From Paraspadella gotoi (taxonomy: Eukaryota > Animalia > Chaetognatha): a DNA stretch of 64,000 nucleotides. The stretch's first letter is position 1. The number at the start of each line of letters is the position of its first letter. The stretch covers positions 14,968,999 to 15,032,998 of the forward strand of contig CM119266.1 of assembly GCA_051294375.1 (NCBI GenBank), in the 5' to 3' direction. Position numbers and translations under genes: made by a program. This document shows, piece by piece, positions 52,816 to 64,000 of this stretch. A model generated the notes under the pieces. It was not told where the DNA came from and ran no database searches. It saw only the letters and a list, made by a program, of their open reading frames with translations.

Positions 52816-54598
52816 AGGTGGGCGGCGCGGTCGGCGGCGGGCGCTTGCCATCGTAAAGAAAATTAATTTTCTGAACAATTTTTCTTTCCTCGCCCTTCGC
52901 CTCGAAATCTGCCCGCAAACATCCACCCGCCCTTCCCTTCATCTCCCACCACCCTGAACTGGTGGCCAGTTCCCGCCGGTTTTTTTTGTAAACATAAAGA
53001 ACAGGAACAAAGGGAAAAATTGGCCTCGTCGCCTACGGTCGTCCGTCGTCGTCGCCCGTCGTCTTGATCGTCGTCGTCGCCGTCGTAATTAACGTTTTCT
53101 CGGGTCTCCAAATAGAAACACTAGGCTTCCGAGTCTGTCGACTCAAGAAATTCGAAGCTTCGGTAATCTTGAAAAATCTCGCGATAGACTTTGCCGCGCA
53201 GCGACGGCAGCAACAAAACTTCAAGCCGCAGCCGACAGCGTCCGCGGATTGGGGGGGGTTAAGGCTGCAGCGCCATTAATGAATTTGGTATGGCGGATGT
53301 GGTTGGGCGGGGGGAATGGCGTTGAATTACACACTAAGTTCCTACTTTTTCCTTTTCCGGGTGACTCTTTTTTTCTGTTTGACTTCGTTCCAGTTCGGGT
53401 GTTCATTATTATGTAACTTTATTAGCTTGCAGTTTGTAATTTCGCCCGTGATCTAATTTCTGACGGGAAACCAGAACTTTTATTTTCGAGCTCGAAAGGA
53501 TTTCTTCGTGAAATTTTCTGAATGATCGAGGAGTGACTCAACGATCGGTGGAACCCAACCTGTGAATCGTGGAGAAGTGAAGAGAAAAAAAAGGCAAAAG
53601 TGAAAAGAGAAGAACTGGCGGCCTCTTCGGTCAACAATAGCGAAACCAAGGGAACGAGGGTTCGACCTATTTGGCCAACTGTTTGTGGAAGGAGACGTGG
53701 GCTGGTGCTGTCAATGCAGTCGTCGATGATTTTTTTTTTTCTTTCTGTCCGGCGCTGTTGAAGTTCAGCAGAATTTATATAATTTTTTTAACTTAACAAT
53801 CCGCCGATCAAACTTTTTTCTAACTTTGAAAAAACATTTTATAACAATCAAAATAAAAATGGAAATCGACTAAATCGGCAACAAAGAAAATGTTTCTGCG
53901 AGAAAATACTTTTATAACATTTTTTTTTTGAAAACAAAAATAATATTTCTCCTTTCCTATTCCATTTTCCCACCAATGTAAAGGGCCCAATGCCATAATA
54001 TGGATTTCAAGCTATTGTGACTGTGTGGTAAATAGGAAAAGTAAATTCATCCAATACTTTTTCTTTAAAGTAATTTGCAAGTTTAAAAACCAACAAAGTC
54101 AAAAAAAAGAAACCTTCAAAAAAATCCCGCGAATCTCTTTGTTCGCCAATCGAAATCCAAAATCGGGAAACTCTCTTCCCGAAAAAAAATTTTGTACGGC
54201 CAAAATTCCGAAAAAAAACCCAAATTTTTTTTTTCTCGTTCGCGCGTTCGACGGTCGACGAAAACCGAAATCAAATAGCGCCATCTCTCGCTTTTCATAT
54301 CATGACGCCGGCAAAAAATTTTTGGTAAAAAACGAAAAGAGAGAAAAAAAAGTAAAGAAAGAAAAAAGAGAAAGGGAAAAACGCGTCACGTGAAAGTTGG
54401 GAACTAATTAGGCCAAAGTGGATCGTTATGTTTATGGTTTATTGTTATGGGAAGTCATCTTTGCGCACCAGCGATTGGAAATCGAGACAGGCGCGCGCAC
54501 CGGCGGCCGACGAAGCGCATTCAACCTACTTATGATGCCGATTTTCAATTCTTCTTTTACCAGAATTGAATATTCCTCTCTCTCTCTCTCAGCTCTCT

Positions 54599-54650
<52 letters not shown>

Positions 54651-55115
54651 TTCTTTCTCTCTCTCTCTCTCTCTCTCAAATCGATAACTTCTCTGTCTCT
54701 CTCCGCTTCCTTGAAAACTAATCCAGGATCACTTAAGTCAAATAAATATTTCGATGATCTTTGATGTCGGTTAATGTAAAAGTGAAAAATGTATTGAGAT
54801 GGAAAAAGAGATAAGCGAGAAAGTAGAACATCGAAGAGGAAAACAAATATCAAACTGGATTGGAAAATTTTATTCTCGGAAGAGCGCCTACGTTCGAACC
54901 ATCCATTGAGAAACAAAGGTTTAATAACGTTAATATAATAATATTTTAAAGTATTTTACCTAGGTTTTAGTTTAATAAAACGAAAAATCAAAACCGACCA
55001 ATCCAGAAATCGATTCGACATCATTGGTACATTGGTTTGCCGGAGGAGTAACATTGGTGAAGCAATAAATGCCACGGCAGTCATTTCTGGCTAATCCTTG
55101 GCGAACCGAGGTTGA

Positions 55116-55150
<35 letters not shown>

Positions 55151-55477
55151 GGAGAGAGAGAGGAAGGAGAGAGAAGAGAGAAGGAACAGAGCACTAATCT
55201 ACATGGTTCGGATTTATGGCCTCGCTTTTTCGATGTGGGGTCCCGACGCGGCCATTATCGGAATTCGTTGGGTACCAAACCGCGAACAAACAAACGTTAC
55301 GGGCGGTTTCCGTCGATAATCAAAACGGTAAGGACAAAGCGGCGCCAGAATTCCGGCCCGTGCGTTCTCCTCTCCTCCATCGCGCGGGCGGTCGCCGGGG
55401 GGAGCGGAGCTAGGAGAAGAGAAGAGAAAGAGAGAAGAAGGAGAGAGACAGAGAGGAGAGAGAGATGAGAGAGGATG

Positions 55478-55527
<50 letters not shown>

Positions 55528-56718
55528 GACAAAGGACGGTGGCCAAGATGGCGTCGGAAAGAGAAGAAGAGTAACGCGATCGCTTCAATGAAAAGATAAA
55601 TCGATGATGACGGTGTGGAACTCTAAAGTGGATTTCCGGATGAAGAGTGGAAATGTAATGTGATTATGATAATTTTAATTAGTGTTTATATTTGTAAAAA
55701 CTTTTTTAAAAAAAAAGCCGTCCCGAGGGAAAAACAAATTAACTAAATAAGTTAGCCCACAGCGTAATAAACAAAATATCTTAATACAATGTTAATAGAC
55801 AAGCCGAGTCCGAGAAACTCGAAAAAACGAAGAATGAAAAATCACAGCCTTGCCAGCTCCAACTTGTACACTGACCAGTCAACGTGAACTCCTTGAAAGA
55901 ATATTGAGACCGAAACCGATCACTCGAGACCGACGTGACGTCACTCGCGATCTCGTCGACCGTCATCGAGACGCAATGAGCCCTCTCCTCTTGGCCGCTC
56001 TTTTTGGTCTCCTTGCCCGCTCTTGTCTCTCGCGTGCCTTCCTATGAAACCTCCCGTGTCTCGCGATGGCTCGCCGATGTCCTTCTCTTCCTTTTCGACG
56101 TCCCTGTCAAATTGCTATCAGCACTCGCAAAGCCCGCGAGATATACATCATCACACATCGAAATGAAATATGTTTCTGTTTTCGACGCCGATTTATGACC
56201 TTAACGAAACAATCACGACGATTGTAGGTTTTACTATGAGAAATCGTCACGACGTCAGTGTCGCCTTTGCTGTGAGTCATTGTCGTTCGTCCGTTCTGTG
56301 TAGTCGTCGTCGATCGTCGTCGCTATGCCGCGCATTCATGACGAACGAGACTCCGAAACACGACACGTTAACGACGTTCGAGGCGCGGAGCATCCACGCA
56401 TCGTCCATCGATTCTGGATTCGTCGACCCCGACTAATCGACGAGGCCTCATCTCCGTTCCGTCCTCTTCTGCTTCTCCCGATGCTCCTCATCTCTGCCTG
56501 ATCTCTACGAAACTTCAAATTTAAACGCCACCTTATTCTGACTCGCATACAGCACCAATTCCCCCGCCCCTCCCTTAATTTCACTTCCTCCTAACAAATT
56601 TTAATCCCACCACCGCTACGACGGTTCGCGCGATCCCCCTCTTCGGAGGCGGACCTAGTTGGCCTCCCGCGAATTAATTCGTGGAGGGAAAAGTGGAAAA
56701 AAATTTTAAATTTCTTTT

Positions 56719-56761
<43 letters not shown>

Positions 56762-57760
56762 AGAGGAGAGAGAGAAGGAGAGAGTGAGGAGAGAGAGAGA
56801 GAGAGAGAGAGAGGGGATGGCGATGGAGTCGTCGGTGGGTTTTTGAAGTTCGTAGGAGACAGAGAGAGAGGAGCATGGGGAAGAGAAGAGAGACGGAGAC
56901 GGAGATGAGGCCCGTCGATAGCGGAATCGACGATCAGAATCGAGGACGAGCGTCGATGCTCGCTCGACCGCGTAACGTCGTGTTTTCGGAGTCGTCGTCG
57001 TCATGAAGCGATAGCGACGACGACGACGACTACGACGAAGACGACGAAGACGACAATGATCACAGAAAGGCGACACTGACGGTGACGATTTCATAGTAAA
57101 ACTCACAATCGTCGTGATTGTTTCGTAAAGGTCAAAAATCGCGTCGAAACAGAAAAATTTTCATTTCGATTGGTGATGATGGATAGCGAGCTTGCGAGTG
57201 CTGTAGAATTTGACAGGGACGCGAGAAAGGAAGAGAAGGACATCGCGAGCTATCGCGAGACAACGGGAGGTTTCATAGAAGGCACGCGAGAGACAAGAGC
57301 GGGCAAGTGAGACCAAAAGAGCGGGCAAGAGAGAGGGCTCATTGCGTCTCGATGACGTCACGAGATCGCGAGTGACGTCACGTCGTCTCGAGTGATCGGT
57401 TTCGGTCAAATTCTTCAAGGAGGTCACGTGACTGGTCAGTGGTCAGTGGTCAGTGGTCAGGCTGTGATTTTCATTCTTCGTTTTCGAGTTTCTCGGACTC
57501 GGCTGTTCTCATTAAATTGTATTAAATATTTTGTTTATTACGCTGTGGGCTAACTTATTTAGTTAATTTTTTTCCTCGGGACGGCTTTTTTAAAGTTTTC
57601 AAATAAACACTAATTAAATTATTCATAATCACATTATCATTTCCACTCTTCATCCCGGAATCCACTTTAGAGTTCCACCCGTCATCATCGATTACTCTTT
57701 TCATTGAAGCGATCGTTACTCTTCTCTCTTTCCGACGCCATCTTGGCCACGTCCTTTGTC

Positions 57761-57803
<43 letters not shown>

Positions 57804-58571
57804 CTCTCATCTCTCTCTCTCTCCTCTCTCTCTCTCTTCTCGTCTCTCTTCTCTCTCTCTCTCTGCCGGCGCCGGCGCCGAGGGCGAATCTGGCCGCCGC
57901 TTTGGTCCTTCCGTTTGATTTATCGACGCGAAACCGCGTAACGTTTGTTTGTCGCGTGGTACCAAAACGAATCCGAGAATGGCCGCGTCGGGACCCACAT
58001 CGAAAAGCGAGGCCATAAATCCGAACCATTGTAGATTAGTGTCTTGCTTCTCCTTCTCTCTCTCTCTCTCTCTCTTCCCTCTCTCTCTCTCTCTCTCTCT
58101 CTCGTCTCCTCTCTTCTCTCTCTCTCTCAAGNNNNNNNNNNNNNNNNNNNNNNNNNAACCTCGTTCGCCAAGGATTAGCCAAAATGACTGCCGTGGCATT
58201 TATGCTTCACCAATGTTACTCCTCCGGCAACCAATGTACCAATGATGTCGAACGATTTCTGGATTGGTCGGTTTTGATTTTTCGTTTTATTAAACTAAAA
58301 CCTAGGTTTAAAATACTAAAATATTATTATATTTACGTTATTAAACCTTTGTTTTCAATGGATGTTCGAACGTAGGCGCTCTTCCGAGAATAAAATTTCC
58401 AATCCAGTTTGATATTTGTTTCCTGCTTCGATTGTTCTACTTTCTCGCTTTCTCTTTTTCCATCTCAATACATTTTTCACTTTACATAACCGACATCAAA
58501 GACATCGAAATATTTATGACTTAAGTGATCCTGGATTAGTTTCAAGAAGCGGAGAGACAGAGGAAGTTATC

Positions 58572-58662
<91 letters not shown>

Positions 58663-60357
58663 CAATTCTGGTAAAAGAGAATTGAAAATCGGCATAAGTA
58701 GGTTGGATGCGCTCGTCGGCGCCGGGTGCGCGCGCCTGTCTCGATTTCCATCGCTGTGCGCAGATGACTTCCATAACAATAAACCATAAACATAACGATC
58801 CACTGCCTAATTAGTTCCCAACTTTCACGTGACGCGTTTTCCCTTCTCTTTTCTTTCTTTACCTTTTTTTCTCTCTTTTCGTTTTTACCAAAATTTTTGC
58901 CGGCGTCATGAATATGAAAGCGAGAGATGGCGCTATTGATTTCGGGTTTCGTCGACGTCGAACGCGCGAACGAGAAAAAAAAATTGGGTTTTTCGGAATT
59001 TGGCGTCAAAATCTGGAAAGAGTTTCCCGATTTTTGGATTCGATGGCGACAAAGAGATTCGCGATTTTTTGAAGGTTTCTTTTTTTGCTTTGTTGGTTTT
59101 TAAACTTGCAAATACTTTAAAGAAAAGTATGGATGAATTTACTTTCCCTATTTACCACACAGTCACAATAGTGAAATCCATATTATGGCATTGGCCCTTT
59201 ACATTGGTTGGAAAAATGGGAATAGGAAAGGAGAAATATATTTTGTTTTCAAAAAAAAATGTTATAAAAGATTTTCTCGCAGAAACATTTCTTTGTGCCG
59301 ATTCTAGTCGATTCCATTTTTATTTTGATTGTAAAATGTTTTTTCAAAGTTAGAAAAGTTTGATCGGCGGATTGTTAAGTTAAAAAAATTATATAAATTC
59401 TGTGAACTTCAACAGCGCCGGCACAGAAAGAAAAAAAAAATCATCGACGACTGCATTGACAGCACCAGCCACGTCTCCTTCCACAACAGTTGGCCAAATA
59501 GTCGAACCCTCTTCCCTTGTTTCGCTATTGTTGACCGAAGAGGCCGCCAGTTCTTCTCTTTTCACTTTTGCCTTTTTTTCTCTTCACTTCTCCACGATTC
59601 ACAGGTTGGGTTCACCGATCGTGAGTCACTCCTCGATCATTCAGAAAATTTCACGAGAAATCCTTCGAGCTCGAAAATAAATAAAAGTTCTTGGTTTCCC
59701 GTCAGAAATTAGATCACGGCGAAATACAAACTGCAGTAATAAAGTTACATAATAATGGAAGCCACCCGACTGTGAATTTTTTCAGTTATAGTCAAAACGA
59801 GAAAAAAAGAGGTCACCCCGGGTTATGGAAAGGGTAAAAAGTTAGGGGGAAAACTTAGTGTTAATCAACGCCATCCACCCCGCCCAACCACATCCGCCAC
59901 CATCCATTAATGGCGCTGCAGCCTTAACCCCCCCCAATCCGCTGACGCTGTCGGCTGCGGCTGAAGTTTGTTGCTGCGTCGCTGCGGCGGCAAAGTCTTA
60001 TCGCGAGATTTTTCAAGATTACCGAAGCTTCGATTTCTTGAGTCGACAGACTCGAAGCCTAAGTGTTTCTTTGAGACCCGAGAAACGTAATTACGACGGC
60101 GACGACGACGATCAAGACGACGGCGACGACGACGACGACGTGGCGACGAGCCAATTTTTCCTTTGTTCCTTCTTTATGTTTACAAAAAAAAACCGAGCGG
60201 GAACTGCCACCCAGTTCAGGGTGGTGGGGAGATGAAGGGAAGGGCGGGTGGATGTTTGCGGGCAGATTTCGAGGCGGAAGGGGCGAGAAAGAAAAATTGT
60301 CAGAAAATTAATTTTCTTTACGATGGCAAGCGCCGCCGCCGACCGCGCCGCCCACCT

Positions 60358-60410
<53 letters not shown>

Positions 60411-60863
60411 AGAGAGGCAGGCATTTTTTCTTTTCTAATTCTAGGAAAGAGAATTTCGAACTCATCACCATGAAATGTTTTGAAAGTTTTATATTTCCTA
60501 CTCGTCCTTATTTTTTTTCTTCTTCTTTTTCTGCTTTTATTATTTCTTTTTTCTTCTTCTTCTTCTTCTTCTNNNNNNNNNNNNNNNNNNNNNNNNNCAC
60601 CTCCCCCTTCTCCCTTCTCCCCCCCTCCGGGAACCCTCCCCCAAATCTCCGCCCAAGAATCCAACCTTCATCGAGAATCTCATCAACGAAGAAGAAGAAA
60701 GATTCTGTGACCGAAGAAGAAGAAGAAGAAGAAGAAAAGAATAATAAAAGCAGAAAAAGAAGAAAAAAAAATAAGGACGAGTAGGAAATATAAAACTTTC
60801 AAACATTTCATGGTGATGAGTTCGAAATTCTCTTTCCTAGAATTAGAAAAGAAAAAATGCCTG

Positions 60864-60927
<64 letters not shown>

Positions 60928-62688
60928 GTGGCGCGGCGGTCGGCGGCGGCGCTTGCCATCGTAAGAAAATTAATTTTCTGACAATTTTTCTTTCTCGCCC
61001 CTTCCGCCTCGAAATCTGCCCGCAAACATCCACCCGCCCTTCCCTTCATCTCCCCACCACCCTGAACTGGGTGGCAGTTCCCGCTCGGTTTTTTTTTGTA
61101 AACATAAAGAAGGAACAAAGGAAAAATTGGCTCGTCGCCACGTCGTCGTCGTCGTCGTCCGTCGTCTTGATCGTGTCGTCGCCGTCGTAATTACGTTTTC
61201 TCGGGTCTCAAAAGAAACACTTAGGCTTCGAGTCTGTCGACTCAAGAAATCGAAGCTTCGGTAATCTTGAAAAATCTCGCGATAAGACTTTGCCGCCGCA
61301 GCGACGCAGCAACAAACTTCAGCCGCAGCCGACAGCGTCAGCGGATTGGGGGGGTTAAGGCTGCAGCGCCATTAATGGATGGTGGCGGATGTGGGTTGGG
61401 CGGGGTGGATGGCGTTGATTAACACTAAGTTTTCCCCCTAACTTTTTACCCTTTCCATAACCGGGTGACCTCTTTTTTTCTCGTTTTGACTATAACTGAA
61501 AAAATTCACAGTCGGGTGGCTTCCATTATTATGTAACTTTATTACTGCAGTTTGTATTCCCGTGATCTAATTTCTGACGGAACCAAGAACTTTTATTTTC
61601 GAGCTCGAAAGGATTTCTTCGTGAAATTTTCTGAATGATCGAGGAGTGACTCAACGATCGGTGGAACCCAACCTGTGAATCGTGGAGAAGTGAAGAGAAA
61701 AAAGGCAAAAGTGAAAAGAGAAGAACTGGCGGCCTCTTCGGTCAACAATAGCGAAACCAGGGAACGAGGGTTCGACTATTTGCCAACTGTTTGTGGAAGG
61801 AGACGTGGCTGGATGTCTGTCAATGCAGTCGTCGATGATTTTTTTTTTTCTTTCTGTCCCGGCGCTGTTGAAGTTCACAGAATTTATATAATTTTTTTAA
61901 CTTAACATCCGCCGATCAAACTTTTTCTAACTTTGAAAAAACATTTTTACAATCAAAATAAAAATGGAAATCGACTGAAATCGGCAACAAAGAAATGTTT
62001 CTGCGAGAAAATCTTTATAACATTTTTTTTTTGAAAACAAAAATAATATTTCTCCTTTCCTATTCCATTTTTCCCACCAATGTAAAGGCCAATGCCATAA
62101 TATGGATTTCAAGCTATTGTGAACTGTGTGGTAAATAGGGAAAGTAAATTCATCCATACTTTTCTTTAAAGTATTTGCAAGTTTTAAAAACCAACAAAGC
62201 AAAAAAAGAAACCTTCAAAAAATCCGCGAATCTCTTTGTCGCCATCGAAATCCAAAATCGGGAAACTCTCTTCCACGAAATTTTGTACGCCAAATTCCGA
62301 AAAAAAACCCAATTTTTTTTTTCTCGTTCGCGCGTTCGACGTCCGACGAAACACCGAAATCAAATAGCGCCATCTCTCGCTTTCATATTCATGACGCCGG
62401 CAAAAAATTTTGGTAAAAACGAAAAGAGAGAAAAAAAGAGTAAAGAAAGAAAAAGAGAAGGGAAAAACGCTCACGTGAAAGTTGGAACTAATTAGGCACT
62501 GGATCGTTATGTTTATGTTTATTGTTATGGGAAGTCATCTGCGCACAGCGATTGGAAATCGAGACAGGCGCGCGCACCCGGCGGCCGACGAGCGCATCTC
62601 AACCTACTTATGCATGCGATTTTCAATTCTTTTTTACCAGAATTGATATCTCTCTCTCTCTCTGCTCTCTCTCTACTCTCTCTCTCTG

Positions 62689-62723
<35 letters not shown>

Positions 62724-63174
62724 TCTTCTCTCTCTCTCTCTCTCAAATCGATAACTTCTTCTGTTCTCTCCGCTTCCTTGAAACTAATCCAGGATCATTA
62801 AGTCATAAATATTCGATTTATCTTTGATGTCGGTTATGTAAAAGTGAAAATGTATTGAGATGGAAAAAGAGGATAAGGCGAGAAAGTAGAACATCGAAGC
62901 AGGAAAACAAATATCAAACTGGATTGGAAAATTTTATTCTCGAAGAGCGCCTACGTTGAACCATCCATTGAGAACACAAAGGTTTAATAACGTTAATATA
63001 ATAATATTTTAAAGTATTTAACCTAGGTTTTAGTTTAAAAAACGAAAAAATCAAAACCGACCAATCCAGAAATCGTTTCGACATCATTGGTACATGGTTT
63101 GCCGGAGGAGTAACATTGGTGAAGCAATAAATGCCACGGCAGTCATTTTGGCTAATCCTTGCGAACCGAGGTTG

Positions 63175-63220
<46 letters not shown>

Positions 63221-63476
63221 GAGAGAGAGAGAGAGAGAGAGAAGACAGACATATCCTACAATGGTCGGATTTATGGCCTCGCTTTCTCGATGTGGGGTCC
63301 CGCAGCGGCATTCTCGATTTCTGGTACAAACCGCGATCAAACAAACGTTACGGGGCGGTTTCGGTCGATAAATTCAAACGGAAGGACAAGCGGCGGCAGA
63401 TCCGCGTGCTGTTTTCTCCTATCATGCGGCGGCGGGTCGGCGCCGGCGAGCGCTGGAGGGAGAGAAGAGCGAAACG

Positions 63477-63558
<82 letters not shown>

Positions 63559-63852
63559 GACAAAGGACGTGGCCCAAGATGGCGTCGGAAAGAGAGAAGA
63601 GTAACGATCGCTTCAATGAAAAGTAATCGATGATGACGGGTGGAAATCTTAAAGTGGAATTCCGGGATGAAGAGTGAAATGTAATGTGATTATGAATAAT
63701 TTAATTAGTGTTATATTTGGAAAAACTTTTTAAAAAAAAAGCCGTCCCGAGGGAAAAAAATTAACTAAATAAGTTAGCCCACAGCGTAATAAACATAATA
63801 TATTAATACATTTAATTAGACAGCCGATCCTAGAAAACTCGAAAACGAAGAA
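52479..63852. repeat. Three copies of a ~3.3-4 kb segment: forward (52479-~56545), inverted (~56825-60572), forward (60598-~63852)
   Basis: Shared anchors such as MDVCGQISRR (52926-, 60248+, 61033-), MDRYVYGLLLW (54418+, 58803-) and MNFNSAGTERKKK (59402+, 61878-). Divergence is indel-dominated. 25-N gaps at 58132 and 60573. Confidence 0.93.
57433..57461 (+). repeat. Heptamer tandem repeat (TGGTCAG)4
   Basis: tggtcagtggtcagtggtcagtggtcagg; the mirrored position in copy 1 (~55850-55880) is garbled. Confidence 0.75.
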
Positions 63853-64000
63853 GTATGGCATTCAAAATCCCTCACAGTTTGGATTCTGGCGAACCGTAAC
63901 GGTAGTAGCGGATATTCCAAATGTCTTGCTGATCCAACAGCTATCCCCGCGCCGCACGGCTGAGATCCCATCGTCGCTCCCCACACAATAAGGCCCTTTT

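Noticed and set aside
56545-56825. PacBio SMRTbell adapter at fold-back centres
   Set aside because: I could not see the adapter sequence at this or the other turn points, so a missed adapter is not directly demonstrated

Overview
Eukaryotic, gene-poor, almost certainly intronic or intergenic DNA. It is CpG-rich and carries roughly one long (GA)n/(TC)n tract per kb, plus (ACG)n, (TTTC)n and heptamer repeats; an invertebrate animal is plausible but unproven. No complete protein-coding gene, rRNA, intact tRNA or CRISPR array is recognisable, and almost all ORF-track entries are SL/RE microsatellite read-through. About 40% of the window is locally duplicated: small tandem copies at 6.4-7.3 kb, a 3 kb tandem at 27.2-33.1 kb, a forward/inverted/forward/inverted block at 35.7-43.3 kb and a forward/inverted/forward block at 52.5-63.85 kb. 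These copies differ mainly by 1-2 nt indels and mostly sit beside exactly-25-N gaps, which points to uncorrected long-read gap filling or fold-back chimeras rather than biology. The best-supported genuine elements are a 2.15 kb non-autonomous Tc1/mariner-type foldback element with ~850 bp arms (45578-47728), a related palindromic element at ~0.63-1.26 kb, one good candidate coding exon (48627-48848), a tRNA-derived B-box remnant and several candidate cis-regulatory clusters. I found no convincing new biological system.
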